DNA of 64,000 nucleotides from Nitrospirota bacterium (GCA_021784575.1 JAJYHX010000004.1:68350-132349), one strand, 5' to 3'. Shown: positions 1 through 9,470, counted from the first letter of the stretch. A program made the numbers and translations. The notes: generated by a model from the letters alone, not told the origin.

Positions 1-485
1 AGCGCCTCGAGTTCGCCTGTGACAAGCTCCATGAGCCTCGGCACTTTAGCCTCTATGGTGTCAGTCAAATCCAATCCCCAGCCTGATATGTCTTCAGGCT
101 GTATGCCAAGTATCACGACCTGCCCGATTTTCTTCCCGAGGGCGTCCGCCAAAGCAAATACCTCAACCATGCCGATTTGATGCAGGGAGGTCTTGTAGGG
201 CACTTTTACGTCTATATCCTCGGGCGTGAATCTGAAGATCGAACCCGGCGGATCGGAGGTTTTGACCGTATCGACGACGATTATATGATCCATGCCCTCG
301 ATAAAGGGCAGTAAATCCAGTCCGGCAGTGCCTCCATCCATGAGCGTGACGTTTTCGGGAAAGGAATATGCTTCCTTCAGGCGCTCTACCACCCGGACGC
401 CCACGCCCTCGTCCTTTAAAAGAATATTGCCGACGCCGAGGACAGTGATTTTCTTATCCCCGACCGCTGGGGCCGAATCCTGCAT
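1..485 (-). CDS. hupD: Hydrogenase maturation protease (HyaD/HupD family), N-terminal part. The gene runs off the window start.
   Basis: Minus-strand translation from the ATG at 485 gives MQDSAPAVGDKKITVLGVGNILLKDEGVGVRVVERL..., typical of the HyaD/HybD endopeptidase N-terminus. It sits directly downstream of hupC. No stop codon occurs before position 1. Confidence 0.6.
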   Translation of the reverse strand, partial: MQDSAPAVGDKKITVLGVGNILLKDEGVGVRVVERLKEAYSFPENVTLMDGGTAGLDLLPFIEGMDHIIVVDTVKTSDPPGSIFRFTPEDIDVKVPYKTSLHQIGMVEVFALADALGKKIGQVVILGIQPEDISGWGLDLTDTIEAKVPRLMELVTGELEA

Positions 486-486
486 T

Positions 487-1134
487 TTAATCGCCCGAAT
501 GCTCCTTGCACACATAGCCGTCTATCATGGACATGAACGTCCTGTCCTTCTCCAGCGCGTTCTGCCTCAATACGAGGTAAATATGGGACAGCGTGAGCGC
601 TATGATAAGCCACATGCCTAAGACATGCACGACGCGGGTTACCGGCTCGCCTCCGAGCAGTACGTTTACCCACGCGAAATAAGAATGCAGCCAGCCGGTA
701 TAAATTGCGAAACCCGTCATTGCCATTATAACGGTTAAAAATCCTATCAGCAAGTATACCGGTCCCTGAATGGGGTTATACCGTTTATAGCGCGGGTGGT
801 AGTTAGTCATGAACAGGTAATATTTCACTATCTGCGGCAAGCCCTTAATGTTCTTTGGCAGGGGGAGAAGCTCCTTCCAGTCGGCCTCGGCCGGGTTTTT
901 CGAGAAGAACATGAGGTAACTCCTGAACATGAAGCCGAATACCAGCAGATATGCGCCAAGGAGATGAAAGAACCTGTTCCAGGCCATCGTCTCCGTCCCG
1001 CCCGGCAGAAAGGGTTTTTCTATGTAAAGCCCAGTAAATATCAATATGCCAATGGCCAGAAACCTCGTCCAGTGAAGTACCCTGACGGGTGCCGTCCAGT
1101 GGTAATATCTTTCTTTATTTTCAGGACAATCCAT
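487..1134 (-). CDS. hupC: Ni/Fe-hydrogenase b-type cytochrome subunit
   Basis: 215-aa membrane protein. Four-helix HyaC/HupC-like hydrophobic pattern with conserved His. Position immediately after the large subunit. Confidence 0.85.
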   Translation of the reverse strand: MDCPENKERYYHWTAPVRVLHWTRFLAIGILIFTGLYIEKPFLPGGTETMAWNRFFHLLGAYLLVFGFMFRSYLMFFSKNPAEADWKELLPLPKNIKGLPQIVKYYLFMTNYHPRYKRYNPIQGPVYLLIGFLTVIMAMTGFAIYTGWLHSYFAWVNVLLGGEPVTRVVHVLGMWLIIALTLSHIYLVLRQNALEKDRTFMSMIDGYVCKEHSGD

Positions 1135-1147
1135 GACGCCCCCTTTC

Positions 1148-2752
1148 TCAGGATACCCTGAATTTATATATCTCGTTGGTGCCAGGGTCGATTAAATGAA
1201 CCGTGCATGCGAGACAGGGATCGAAGGAATGCACGACCCTCAGGACCTCAAGCGGCTTTTTCGGGTCGAGCACCGGAGTGCCGATAAGGGCCTCTTCTAT
1301 CGGGCCGCGCACGCCCTTGTCGTCCCTCGGGCATACATTCCACGTCGTCGGGACTACAAGCTGATAGTTCTTCAGGACGGAGTTCTCTATCGTATTCCAG
1401 TGGGCCAGCGCGCCACGCGGGGCCTCCCATAGGCCAATTCCGCTCCCGCTTTGGGGAAGCTCGTACTGGCTGAAAAGCTTGGTTTTGCCTGCGCCAAGGT
1501 TCGAGGCGAGCTGCATTGTCCATAAGACCATCTGGTCTGCGACGAGTTTTGATTCGAGCGCCCTGGCGGCTATCCTGCCAAGGACAGAAAGCAGGACCTC
1601 CGGCTTGCCCGCGACACCGAGCTTTGCAAGCGCGCCGTCTATCAGTTCCTTCGCAGTAGGCTGGCCGCTCACGTAAGCCACCAGCATCCTGGACAGCGCG
1701 CCGACCTCCATCGGTTTGCCGTTCAGCCGCGGCGCCTTTGCCCAGCTGTATTTTTTCGATGTGTCGTAACCTGAAAAATCAGGGTCGGTTTCGCCTTTTG
1801 CCGGATTCAGCCCGCTTCCGGACTTGTACCAGCTGCGGGATACGTCCTCCGTCACCATCTCCGGGCCGACCTTCTGCGGCTTCAATCCCTGGTCTGCGTA
1901 AACCGCGCCCCGGGGGAGCAATCTCTTGTAGGGGTCTTTTGTCGCCGGGTCTTCGAATACGCCCCAGGCGAGATAGTTCCCATGTCCCTTGCCTATGCCG
2001 GCCCAGTCGAGGTAAAAAGGCGCTACAGCCAGCACGTCCGGGATGTATACGTCGTCGATAAACGCCTGCAATGTTTTGATCTTATAGAGAAAATGGGAGA
2101 TCAGGTCGAGGTTTACCATGCAGTTGACGCCGCCGGGAGGCGAGGTCATGGTCATTGGCATTTTCCCCCCGAAGATCGCGGAGGCGCTTGCCGCCAGGGC
2201 CTGCATATTTAGGGCGTCCAGGTAGTGCGAGACCGCCAGGAGGTTTATTTCAGGCGGGAGTTTGTATGCCGGGTGCCCCCAGTATGCGTTTGCGAATGGC
2301 CCGAGCTGGCCCGACTCCACGAAAGTCTTCAGCTTCGCCTGGACGGACAGAAGCTTCGGGTCTGAGGTTTTTGCGGAAAGCGCCGATACGACGTCGACAT
2401 AATCGAGCGCGGTAAGGTGATAGAACCACAGTATGTGGGAATGGAGGAACTGGCATCCCTCGATTAAGTTTCGCATCAGTATTGCGTTTTCGGGGGGAGT
2501 AACCTTGAACGAGTCTTCAAGACCCATCGTTGAAGTGTGCCCATGGGAGGTGGGGCATACGCCGCAGACCCGTTGGGTATACTGCCATGCGTCTCTCGGG
2601 TCTCGCCCCTGCAGGATTATCTCAAAGCCTCTGAAAAGCGTCCCGCTTGTCCAGGCGTCTTTTACCTTGCCGCCGTCTATCTCCACCTCGAGTTTCAGAT
2701 GCCCTTCTATCCTCGTCATCGGGTCGATTACATATCTGGCCATCTCAGTCAT
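1148..2752 (-). CDS. hupL: [NiFe]-hydrogenase large subunit (membrane-bound uptake type)
   Basis: N-terminal RVCGVCPTSH motif and C-terminal DPCLACTVH motif (both Cys, so not a NiFeSe enzyme). 534 aa with a C-terminal extension cleavable by HupD. Confidence 0.95.
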   Translation of the reverse strand: MTEMARYVIDPMTRIEGHLKLEVEIDGGKVKDAWTSGTLFRGFEIILQGRDPRDAWQYTQRVCGVCPTSHGHTSTMGLEDSFKVTPPENAILMRNLIEGCQFLHSHILWFYHLTALDYVDVVSALSAKTSDPKLLSVQAKLKTFVESGQLGPFANAYWGHPAYKLPPEINLLAVSHYLDALNMQALAASASAIFGGKMPMTMTSPPGGVNCMVNLDLISHFLYKIKTLQAFIDDVYIPDVLAVAPFYLDWAGIGKGHGNYLAWGVFEDPATKDPYKRLLPRGAVYADQGLKPQKVGPEMVTEDVSRSWYKSGSGLNPAKGETDPDFSGYDTSKKYSWAKAPRLNGKPMEVGALSRMLVAYVSGQPTAKELIDGALAKLGVAGKPEVLLSVLGRIAARALESKLVADQMVLWTMQLASNLGAGKTKLFSQYELPQSGSGIGLWEAPRGALAHWNTIENSVLKNYQLVVPTTWNVCPRDDKGVRGPIEEALIGTPVLDPKKPLEVLRVVHSFDPCLACTVHLIDPGTNEIYKFRVS

Positions 2753-3827
2753 CCCCTCCTTCCTTCCCGGAGCCGCCGTTTTTAGAATTGCCCTTTATTG
2801 CGCTTACCCCCGCGTGAACCGCTATGCCGGAGACGGTGGCCACGCCCAGAACCTTGCCGATATCGTCCGCTTTTGTGGTCGTGCCGCAGAACTCTACATC
2901 CTTCAGCCGAGCATAGAAGGGATAGAAATTGTCAGGCCATTTCATATCGAGACAGCCTATGCACGGGGCGCCGGCCTGGACGCACCAGTTCGTGTTGTCG
3001 TTATATCTAATGGTCGGGCAGGGGGCTTTCGTAAGCGGGCCCTTGCAGCCCATCTTGTAGAGGCAGTAACCTTTTTCCATTTCCGGTGTGCCGAAGGCCT
3101 CTACGAACTTGCCGGCCTCGAAATAAGCCCGGCGTTCGCACTGTTCGTGGACAGTTTTCGAATAAAACATCTTCGGCCTGCCCTGTTCGTCCAGATCCGG
3201 GAGTTTTTTGAAGAGCAGGTGGTTCATCACGACCCCGACAAGGAGTTTCGGGTCCGCGGGACAGCCTGGAAGGTTTACGTTTTTTATGCCCATTGGGGAA
3301 AGGACTTCCGAGACGCTCATGAGGCCCGAAGGATTGGGTCTTGCCCCGGGTATGCCTCCGCCGGAGGCACAAGAGCCGATGGCAACGACCGCCGCAGCCC
3401 TGGGCGCGACCTCCTTTACGATGTCGATCATGTCGCGTCCGCCAATCATTCCAAAACCCCGCTTAGACGGCATCCCGCCTTCGATTACCAGTATGAACCC
3501 GCCAGCCCCAACCGCATTCTTCAGGTTTTCCTCCGCCTGGTCACCCGCCGCCGCCATTATAGTGTCGTCATAATCCACGCTGAGGATATCGAGAATCAAT
3601 TCGGCGGGCCCGGGATTTTTGGCCTTGATGAACATTTCTGTGCAGCCAGTGTCGCATGAAAGGGTCAGCCACACGACCGAGGGCCGCTTAGCCGCCGATG
3701 TAACCGCTTCGGCTATTTTCGGGATGTACACCTCGGACAGACCCATCATCGCCGCGGTAGCGCCGCAGAATTTCAGGAAGTCTCTCCGTTTCATGTGCTT
3801 TAGAGCATTAAATGAATTGCTCCGCAT
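2745..3827 (-). CDS. hupS: [NiFe]-hydrogenase small subunit with twin-arginine signal
   Basis: RRDFLKFCGATAAMMGL Tat motif. Cys-rich FeS cluster ligands. Overlaps the hupL start by 8 bp. Confidence 0.95.
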   Translation of the reverse strand: MRSNSFNALKHMKRRDFLKFCGATAAMMGLSEVYIPKIAEAVTSAAKRPSVVWLTLSCDTGCTEMFIKAKNPGPAELILDILSVDYDDTIMAAAGDQAEENLKNAVGAGGFILVIEGGMPSKRGFGMIGGRDMIDIVKEVAPRAAAVVAIGSCASGGGIPGARPNPSGLMSVSEVLSPMGIKNVNLPGCPADPKLLVGVVMNHLLFKKLPDLDEQGRPKMFYSKTVHEQCERRAYFEAGKFVEAFGTPEMEKGYCLYKMGCKGPLTKAPCPTIRYNDNTNWCVQAGAPCIGCLDMKWPDNFYPFYARLKDVEFCGTTTKADDIGKVLGVATVSGIAVHAGVSAIKGNSKNGGSGKEGGDD

Positions 3828-4003
3828 TTTTTGCCCTTCCTTTCAAATAGGTTTAATGAAAAGCGAGGGTAATTCCCCCAACGACAGATAGTCCAAAATT
3901 CCAATTATCAAGTCATATTTATAACAAAATAACAGAACTAAAACAAGCAGATTTTTCTAACATCTATACTTATGTTTTACTTTTGGTTACCATGGGAGAG
4001 TAT

Positions 4004-4020
4004 AGCAATTAGCATGCCAC
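4004..4020 (-). promoter_or_regulatory. Sigma-54 (-24/-12) promoter for the hupSLC(D) operon
   Basis: Minus strand reads TGGCATG-CTAA-TTGCT, against the consensus TGGCACG-N4-TTGCW. GG and GC are at exact consensus spacing. Located ~165 nt upstream of the hupS ATG. An AAGGAAGG ribosome-binding site sits 9 nt before the ATG. Confidence 0.6.
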
Positions 4021-4093
4021 ACCCGGAAAAAGATTTAACTAATTGTTTCTTAAGGATTTTGCAGAGAAGCCTGGTTTTTAGTAAAAGAGTTTA

Positions 4094-4106
4094 TTACTTC
4101 AAGTAA
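4094..4106. promoter_or_regulatory. Candidate upstream activator site (13-bp palindrome TTACTTCAAGTAA)
   Basis: Perfect 6-1-6 inverted repeat ~80 bp upstream of the -24 element. A direct repeat ACTTTTGGTTAC occurs at 3978-3990 and 4128-4140. Confidence 0.3.
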
Positions 4107-4186
4107 CAGGATTGCAATCAGCGCGTTACTTTTGGTTACAACATTGGGAATAATGGCACGGAAAATACGTTGGCGATTACTCTTGT

Positions 4187-5560
4187 TTATTCACTGGAGA
4201 CAGCATTAACGGCAGGGCGCGGAATTCCCCATTTCTTACGCTTTTCCCAGAGCGACTTCCTTGTAATTCCCAGTATCTCGGCTATTTTCTGCTCACTTAA
4301 ATTCCCCTGGTAACGCATTATTACCGCTTTAGTATATTCTTCTATTGTCAGGGCCCTCTCCGCAGATTCTGAAAGCGAAATCTTTTTTCTCTGCCGCATA
4401 TCCTCGGGCAGGTGCTCGGGAGTGATGGTGCCTGAATCCGAAATCAGGACGGCGCGCTCGATAATGTTTTTAAGCTCCCGGATATTTCCGGGCCAGTTAT
4501 ATTCCAGGAACAGGGCCATCGTATCGTCCGATATCGTCTTTGCCGGTTTTCCAAGCTCGGTCGAAAATCGGGACAGAAAATGCGTAGCCAGGAGCGGTAT
4601 ATCTTCCTGCCTCTCCCGTAGCGGGCAGAGTTTAATATTAATCGCGTTTATCCTGTAAAAGAGGTCTTCCCTGAAAGCGCCCTCCCGCACCGCCTTTTGG
4701 AGGTCTTTATTGGTAGCCATTACAAACCTTACGTCAACCCTGGTGGACTGATTTCCCCCGACGGGCCGGATCTCCTGGTCTTCCAGTACCCTCAGAAGCT
4801 TGGACTGAAGCATTATGCTCATCTCGCCTATCTCATCCAGAAAGACCGTGCCTCCGACCGCGTCCTCAAAAAGCCCTTTCTTTGCGGCGGACGCGCCCGT
4901 AAAAGCGCCTTTTACATGCCCGAAAAGTTCCGATTCAAGCAGTTGTCCCGGGATGGCGGAGCAGTTAATCGGCACGAATGGCTTATCCTTTCTGTGGCTG
5001 TTGGAGTGAATTGCCCGGGCTATAACCTCTTTTCCAGTCCCAGTCTCCCCCAGGACAAGCACACTGCTTCTCGCGTCGGCGACCTTTATTACTTCCTCCA
5101 GGACTTTTTTAACACTATCGCAAACGCCTATTATCCGGCTGAAATCGTATTCCTTCTCTATCTGTTTCTTGAGCAGGTTGTTCTCCGAAACCAGGGAACG
5201 CTGCCTGAGCGCTCTCCTGATAAGGAGCTTTATCTCTTCGTGGATTATAGGCTTCATGATGTAATCGTACGCGCCGGCCCTGAGAGCGTCCACCGCCGTC
5301 TCGACCGAGGCGTAGGCTGTCATCAATATCACTAATTGTTCCGGGTCCTTCTCTTTCAGCTTTCGGAGCACTTCAAGGCCGTCTATCCCGGGCAGAAAAA
5401 TATCCGAGACGACAAGATCGAATGCAAAATCCCGCATCTTTTCCAGCGCTTCCTCACCGGAACCGACGGCGGTGACTGAATATCCCGTGCGGGTCAAAAG
5501 CCGCCCCATGGACTCCCGCAGGGTATTTTCGTCGTCAACGAGCAGGATTGTATCAGCCAT
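4187..5560 (-). CDS. Sigma-54-dependent response regulator (NtrC family; HoxA/HupR-like)
   Basis: Receiver domain with phospho-acceptor Asp (LVVSDIFLPG). AAA+ sigma-54 interaction domain with GETGTGKE Walker A and a GAFTGA-like loop. C-terminal Fis-type HTH. Confidence 0.9.
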   Translation of the reverse strand: MADTILLVDDENTLRESMGRLLTRTGYSVTAVGSGEEALEKMRDFAFDLVVSDIFLPGIDGLEVLRKLKEKDPEQLVILMTAYASVETAVDALRAGAYDYIMKPIIHEEIKLLIRRALRQRSLVSENNLLKKQIEKEYDFSRIIGVCDSVKKVLEEVIKVADARSSVLVLGETGTGKEVIARAIHSNSHRKDKPFVPINCSAIPGQLLESELFGHVKGAFTGASAAKKGLFEDAVGGTVFLDEIGEMSIMLQSKLLRVLEDQEIRPVGGNQSTRVDVRFVMATNKDLQKAVREGAFREDLFYRINAINIKLCPLRERQEDIPLLATHFLSRFSTELGKPAKTISDDTMALFLEYNWPGNIRELKNIIERAVLISDSGTITPEHLPEDMRQRKKISLSESAERALTIEEYTKAVIMRYQGNLSEQKIAEILGITRKSLWEKRKKWGIPRPAVNAVSSE

Positions 5561-5561
5561 T

Positions 5562-6812
5562 TCAGCCCCTCTTTGGAAGTTTTATGGTAAAGGCGCTTCC
5601 CCGCCCTTTTTCGCTTTTGACGTCTATTGTCCCGCCGTGCTCTTTTATTATCCCCCAGCAGATGCTCATCCCCAGGCCGCTTCCTTTTCCAGGCGACTTG
5701 GTCGTAAAGAAAGGATCGAAAATCCTTTCTGCAACGTCTTTTCCCATTCCTTGGCCCGTGTCGCTGAATACTATAATCAGGCTGTCGCTTGCGTCTTTAA
5801 CCGTTATGGAAAGTTTTCCGCCATCCGGCATTGCGTCTAACGCATTGAGCATGAGGTTTAAAAACACCTGCTGTATCTGGTCCGGGTTAATTCTAACTTG
5901 GCCTGTGAAGCCTATGTCCTTTATTATCTCGATATTCTTGAACTTTTTGTCGAACCGGGTAAGGGTAAGGGTGTTCTCCAGCACGTCGCGGATATCAGAT
6001 GGAATCTTTTCGGGGGTGTAGAGTCTCGTAAAATCGCTGAGACTCCGCACAATCCGGACGATCCTTTCTATGTGGCGGTTGACAATTTCGAGCGCTTCCT
6101 GCGTAAATTCGGGAGATTTCACCTCCTGGATCTCCTGCACAAGCGATGAAATTGACGCCAGGGGGTTCCCTATCTCATGCGAGATGCCGGCTGTAAGCTT
6201 GCCGATACTGGCAAATTTAGAGGCGGTTTTCATCGCCTCGAGTATGTCGCGTTCGGCCTTTTTGCGCCTTGTCAGGTCCATAGCCACGAAAAGCATTCCC
6301 GAAAGCTCGCCCCTCGGCCCTCTGATTGGCGTGACGGAGAGGCTTACCGGAAGCTCGCTCCCGTCTTTTTTTATATATGTCCATTCGCGTTCTACCGGGT
6401 TTTCCTCCAGCGCGTACATTGCGAAAAGTTCAATCCCTGCTACATTCTTCCCGGTAGAGAGACTGTACTCCCGGCAACGGTCTTCGATCTCGATCGAGGG
6501 ATGAAGGTCGAGTGACGTCAGGCTTCCCACGGCCTCATCAGGCTTATAGCCGAGCATGTCGGCCGCTCCGCTGTTGAAAAGCGTGATCTTTCCGTTCGGC
6601 GCGGCGGCTATGATGGATACCTGTGTAGCGGCGTCCAGGACGGCTTTTCTCTGCGCATTCGCCGCCTGGAACAAAGAGAGAATTCTATCCGTCTCCTCGA
6701 ACTGCCGGGCCACAAGGTCCGCCGTAATTTCTCCGGCTTCCCTCGCTATTCGGACTTCGCTCCTTAACAGTTCGTTTTCTTTCAGAAGGGAATCGACCGT
6801 CGGCTCGCTCAT
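5562..6812 (-). CDS. Soluble PAS-domain sensor histidine kinase (HoxJ/HupT-like)
   Basis: No transmembrane segments. Coiled-coil followed by a PAS domain. HEIGNPLASI H-box and DTGQGMG/GSGLGM G-boxes. The start overlaps the response-regulator stop. Confidence 0.85.
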   Translation of the reverse strand: MSEPTVDSLLKENELLRSEVRIAREAGEITADLVARQFEETDRILSLFQAANAQRKAVLDAATQVSIIAAAPNGKITLFNSGAADMLGYKPDEAVGSLTSLDLHPSIEIEDRCREYSLSTGKNVAGIELFAMYALEENPVEREWTYIKKDGSELPVSLSVTPIRGPRGELSGMLFVAMDLTRRKKAERDILEAMKTASKFASIGKLTAGISHEIGNPLASISSLVQEIQEVKSPEFTQEALEIVNRHIERIVRIVRSLSDFTRLYTPEKIPSDIRDVLENTLTLTRFDKKFKNIEIIKDIGFTGQVRINPDQIQQVFLNLMLNALDAMPDGGKLSITVKDASDSLIIVFSDTGQGMGKDVAERIFDPFFTTKSPGKGSGLGMSICWGIIKEHGGTIDVKSEKGRGSAFTIKLPKRG

Positions 6813-6830
6813 ATGCCACCGCTTCCAGTA

Positions 6831-8366
6831 TCAGCCAACGCGTAGGCTTAAAATTCGCGATCCTTTTGACGCTTCTATCGCGTGAACGGTACAGACAAGG
6901 CAGGCGTCGTAGGACCTTATAACCTGGCCAAGCTCTACAGGGTTTTCCAGATCCCGGACCTCAATGCCGACAAGAGACTCCTCGAAAGGCCCCCTCCGGC
7001 CGTTAGAATCCCGCGGAGAAGCGTGCCATGCGGTCGGGGTTATTACCTGGTACTGTTCTATCCGTGAATCCTTTATCCTTACCCAGTGCCCCAGGGCGCC
7101 GCGTGCCGCTTCGATAAGCCCGAATCCGTCTCCGTCCGGCACGTCCCCGGGCTGGCTATAGAAAGAACTTCCGCTCTTTATTATCTCGTCAAGCCAGACC
7201 TCCATTGCGGGAATCAGCCTTGACGGACGTGTGAGCCGGGCAAGCTCGCGGACAAATACGCTTGGGCCCTCCTTTTTCACCAGTTCCGTAAAAAGAGGGT
7301 CTTTTGCGATAATAAGTTCGGCCAGGGGACCCGTTTCAGCCGGGAGTCCGTCGTATCTCGGCGCCTTTGCCCAGGAATATCTATCAGCGTCTTTTCCGTC
7401 AAAATGAGGTATCGTAAGGCCTGAAAGCGGATGTCTTCCCCCCTCATAACCCTGGAACCACGAATGGGCCACGTGCTCCGAAACCTTTTCCTGGTCGAAC
7501 TCCCGAACTTCTCCCCCGCTTGAAAATCCGGCTTTTATAAAAAGGGCCCCTCCGCCGGACTCGACCGCGGTCTCTTCGGGCATATCGAGCGAGCCGTAAC
7601 TGAGGAAGTTGCCATGGCCCGCTCCGATATTACTCAGCCCGGCCTCACGGCAAAAACGGACGAAAAATCCGGTTTCGCCTTCCTTATGAGACTCTGATTC
7701 GTCGAGCCAGGCATCGAGGTTTTCCTTGCTCTTCACTTCCAGCCAGCGCTCAATTTCACAGCCCAGCACTCTTCTCTCGTACCACTCCTTGTAATTAATG
7801 AGCCGATTTTTGCAATGCAGTATGTCGCTCGCGCCAGGCAGGGTAACCACTCCCCCCGGCACCATGAAGGAGGAATGGGGCCATTGTCCGCCGAGGATAG
7901 CCACTATCTCGAGTACTCGTTTAGTTTCGGCTATTGTCTCAAGCGCAGTACAGCCCTTGAGCGGACGGTAGCGCCTTACAGCTTCTTCGTAGAGGCTGTG
8001 CCCGCTGTAGGCCACGTTTGTAAAATCCGCGGCGAAAAAAAGGAACCCGTGGCGCATGTCGCTCTGGATATTTTCGGTCATTAACGCTATATTCCGTACC
8101 CTTCGCGCATTGTCCGGCACGTTTGCGCCGCAGATCATATCAAGCGCCGCGGCGGCGGCGGCGAGATGTGTAGTGCTGCAGATGCCGCATATCCTTGGGG
8201 TGATTACAAGGCCGTCGAGGGCGTGGCGGCCCCTAAGGATATTCTCAATGCCCCTGAACATGGTGCCTGAACACCATGCATCCTTTACCACGCCCCCTGA
8301 AAGCTCTACGGTTATTTCGAGGTCGCCTTCGACGCGGTTTACCGGTATATTGAGCTTTTTTGACAA
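6831..8366 (-). CDS. hupV: Regulatory (H2-sensing) [NiFe]-hydrogenase large subunit, HupV/HoxC-like
   Basis: RICGICSTTH N-terminal and DACLVCTVH C-terminal Ni-binding motifs. 511 aa. Divergent from the catalytic hupL in the same window. Co-operonic with the kinase and response regulator. Confidence 0.8.
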   Translation of the reverse strand: MSKKLNIPVNRVEGDLEITVELSGGVVKDAWCSGTMFRGIENILRGRHALDGLVITPRICGICSTTHLAAAAAALDMICGANVPDNARRVRNIALMTENIQSDMRHGFLFFAADFTNVAYSGHSLYEEAVRRYRPLKGCTALETIAETKRVLEIVAILGGQWPHSSFMVPGGVVTLPGASDILHCKNRLINYKEWYERRVLGCEIERWLEVKSKENLDAWLDESESHKEGETGFFVRFCREAGLSNIGAGHGNFLSYGSLDMPEETAVESGGGALFIKAGFSSGGEVREFDQEKVSEHVAHSWFQGYEGGRHPLSGLTIPHFDGKDADRYSWAKAPRYDGLPAETGPLAELIIAKDPLFTELVKKEGPSVFVRELARLTRPSRLIPAMEVWLDEIIKSGSSFYSQPGDVPDGDGFGLIEAARGALGHWVRIKDSRIEQYQVITPTAWHASPRDSNGRRGPFEESLVGIEVRDLENPVELGQVIRSYDACLVCTVHAIEASKGSRILSLRVG

Positions 8367-8367
8367 A

Positions 8368-9306
8368 TCAGATACCTGTCTTCCGCCATTTCAGCCTATC
8401 GGGTGCGGCCGCGGCCGCCATTCCCTTGTATGCCATATAATGAGCCCTGTTCAGGCCGTCAGGCAGGTCGAGCGGGATACCTTCTATATTCCGGGTCTGA
8501 AAGAAAGGATAACTCTGCGGGAAATCGGGCATCGTGCATCCGAAACAAGGGACGCCGACGCGAGTCTTGGAAGTGCGCCTGTTCCAGAGGAGCTTATTGC
8601 AGGAGCCGTAGGCTAAAGGCCCGTGACAACCCTTGTAAAAGAAAAGGCAGCCTTTTTCGCCAAACTCGTGCTCCTCTACTCTGTACTCATGGTATTCATT
8701 CCTGGTGCAGCCCTGATGAACAAGTATCCCATACCACTCAACGGGCCGGTTAAACTCGTCCAGTTCGATATCGATGCCTGCCGCCAGGGCCGAGAGAGTG
8801 CCGGTAATTATATTGTAATGACACGGGCATCCGGGGAGGTTGATGACCGGAAGTCCTGCGCCAGACCTAAAGCCATGACCCAAGAACCCGCCTTTTTCCG
8901 AACGGTGGAACTGTAGGCCCGTGGCCAGGGCCGGGCCGTCCACCCCGATACCGCCGTAAGCCGCGCAGGTTCCGACGGCAATTACATATTTCGCCTTACG
9001 TGAAAGCGCGGCCGCCAGCTCCTTCTTGGGCTTTCCGCAGGTCGTATCGAACATGCCCGTATCGCCGGGGCCTCGTATTATCGAGCCTTCGACGCAAAGT
9101 ATGTCGAGCTTCTTTCTACCCGAGAGAAGGGCCTTGTCGAGCTTTTGTTTTTCCTTGAAAGTGGTTTGAGACAGGGACTGATGCCACAGGAAATCTATTC
9201 CAGACTGGTTGAAAAAGCGTGGTAAGTCGGGTGAATCCGCATTCAGAAGAGATACTGAATCTCCACTGCAACCGCCGCATTGAAGCCAATATAACGAGAC
9301 GGGCAT
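8368..9306 (-). CDS. hupU: Regulatory hydrogenase small subunit, HupU/HoxB-like (no Tat signal)
   Basis: Begins MPVSLYWLQCGGCSGDS without a twin-arginine leader, unlike hupS. FeS Cys ligands are present. Confidence 0.8.
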   Translation of the reverse strand: MPVSLYWLQCGGCSGDSVSLLNADSPDLPRFFNQSGIDFLWHQSLSQTTFKEKQKLDKALLSGRKKLDILCVEGSIIRGPGDTGMFDTTCGKPKKELAAALSRKAKYVIAVGTCAAYGGIGVDGPALATGLQFHRSEKGGFLGHGFRSGAGLPVINLPGCPCHYNIITGTLSALAAGIDIELDEFNRPVEWYGILVHQGCTRNEYHEYRVEEHEFGEKGCLFFYKGCHGPLAYGSCNKLLWNRRTSKTRVGVPCFGCTMPDFPQSYPFFQTRNIEGIPLDLPDGLNRAHYMAYKGMAAAAAPDRLKWRKTGI

Positions 9307-9335
9307 CGCATTTTCCTTCCTGCTTTAACTGCATG

Positions 9336-9365
9336 TATTATCTTGAAATTCCGCGTGTTAGTCAA
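9336..9365 (-). promoter_or_regulatory. Putative sigma-70 promoter for the hupUV-kinase-regulator operon
   Basis: Minus strand reads TTGACT-N18-ATAATA, followed by an AGGAAGGAAAA ribosome-binding site and the hupU ATG. Confidence 0.4.
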
Positions 9366-9429
9366 GCATTTTTGTGGTAAGCCGTTTTAACAGGTGGTAA
9401 TCCGAGGTTACATGAGAGGTTACGAAAAA

Positions 9430-9470
9430 GGGCTTACGATTTATTTCCGCAAGCCCTTCGTTTTTCTCTT
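9430..9470. terminator. Bidirectional rho-independent terminator-like hairpin
   Basis: GGGCTTACG...CGCAAGCCC stem flanked by an A-run and a T-run (TTCGTTTTTCTCTT). Lies between the island's left end and the hupU promoter. Confidence 0.45.

Noticed and set aside
1148-2752. Possible [NiFeSe] hydrogenase (in-frame TGA selenocysteine)
   Set aside because: The C-terminal Ni-binding motif is DPCLACTVH with Cys at both positions and no in-frame TGA. Same for the regulatory large subunit (DACLVCTVH).
2433-3659. Long plus-strand ORF (408 aa) antisense to hupS, plus many similar long antisense ORFs (e.g. 37155-37778, 50262-51449, 55555-56787, 31683-32585, 34547-35035)
   Set aside because: In a ~62% GC genome, stop codons are rare on the antisense strand of real genes. 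These ORFs have no recognisable domains, highly biased Arg/Pro/Ala composition, and fully overlap well-supported genes.
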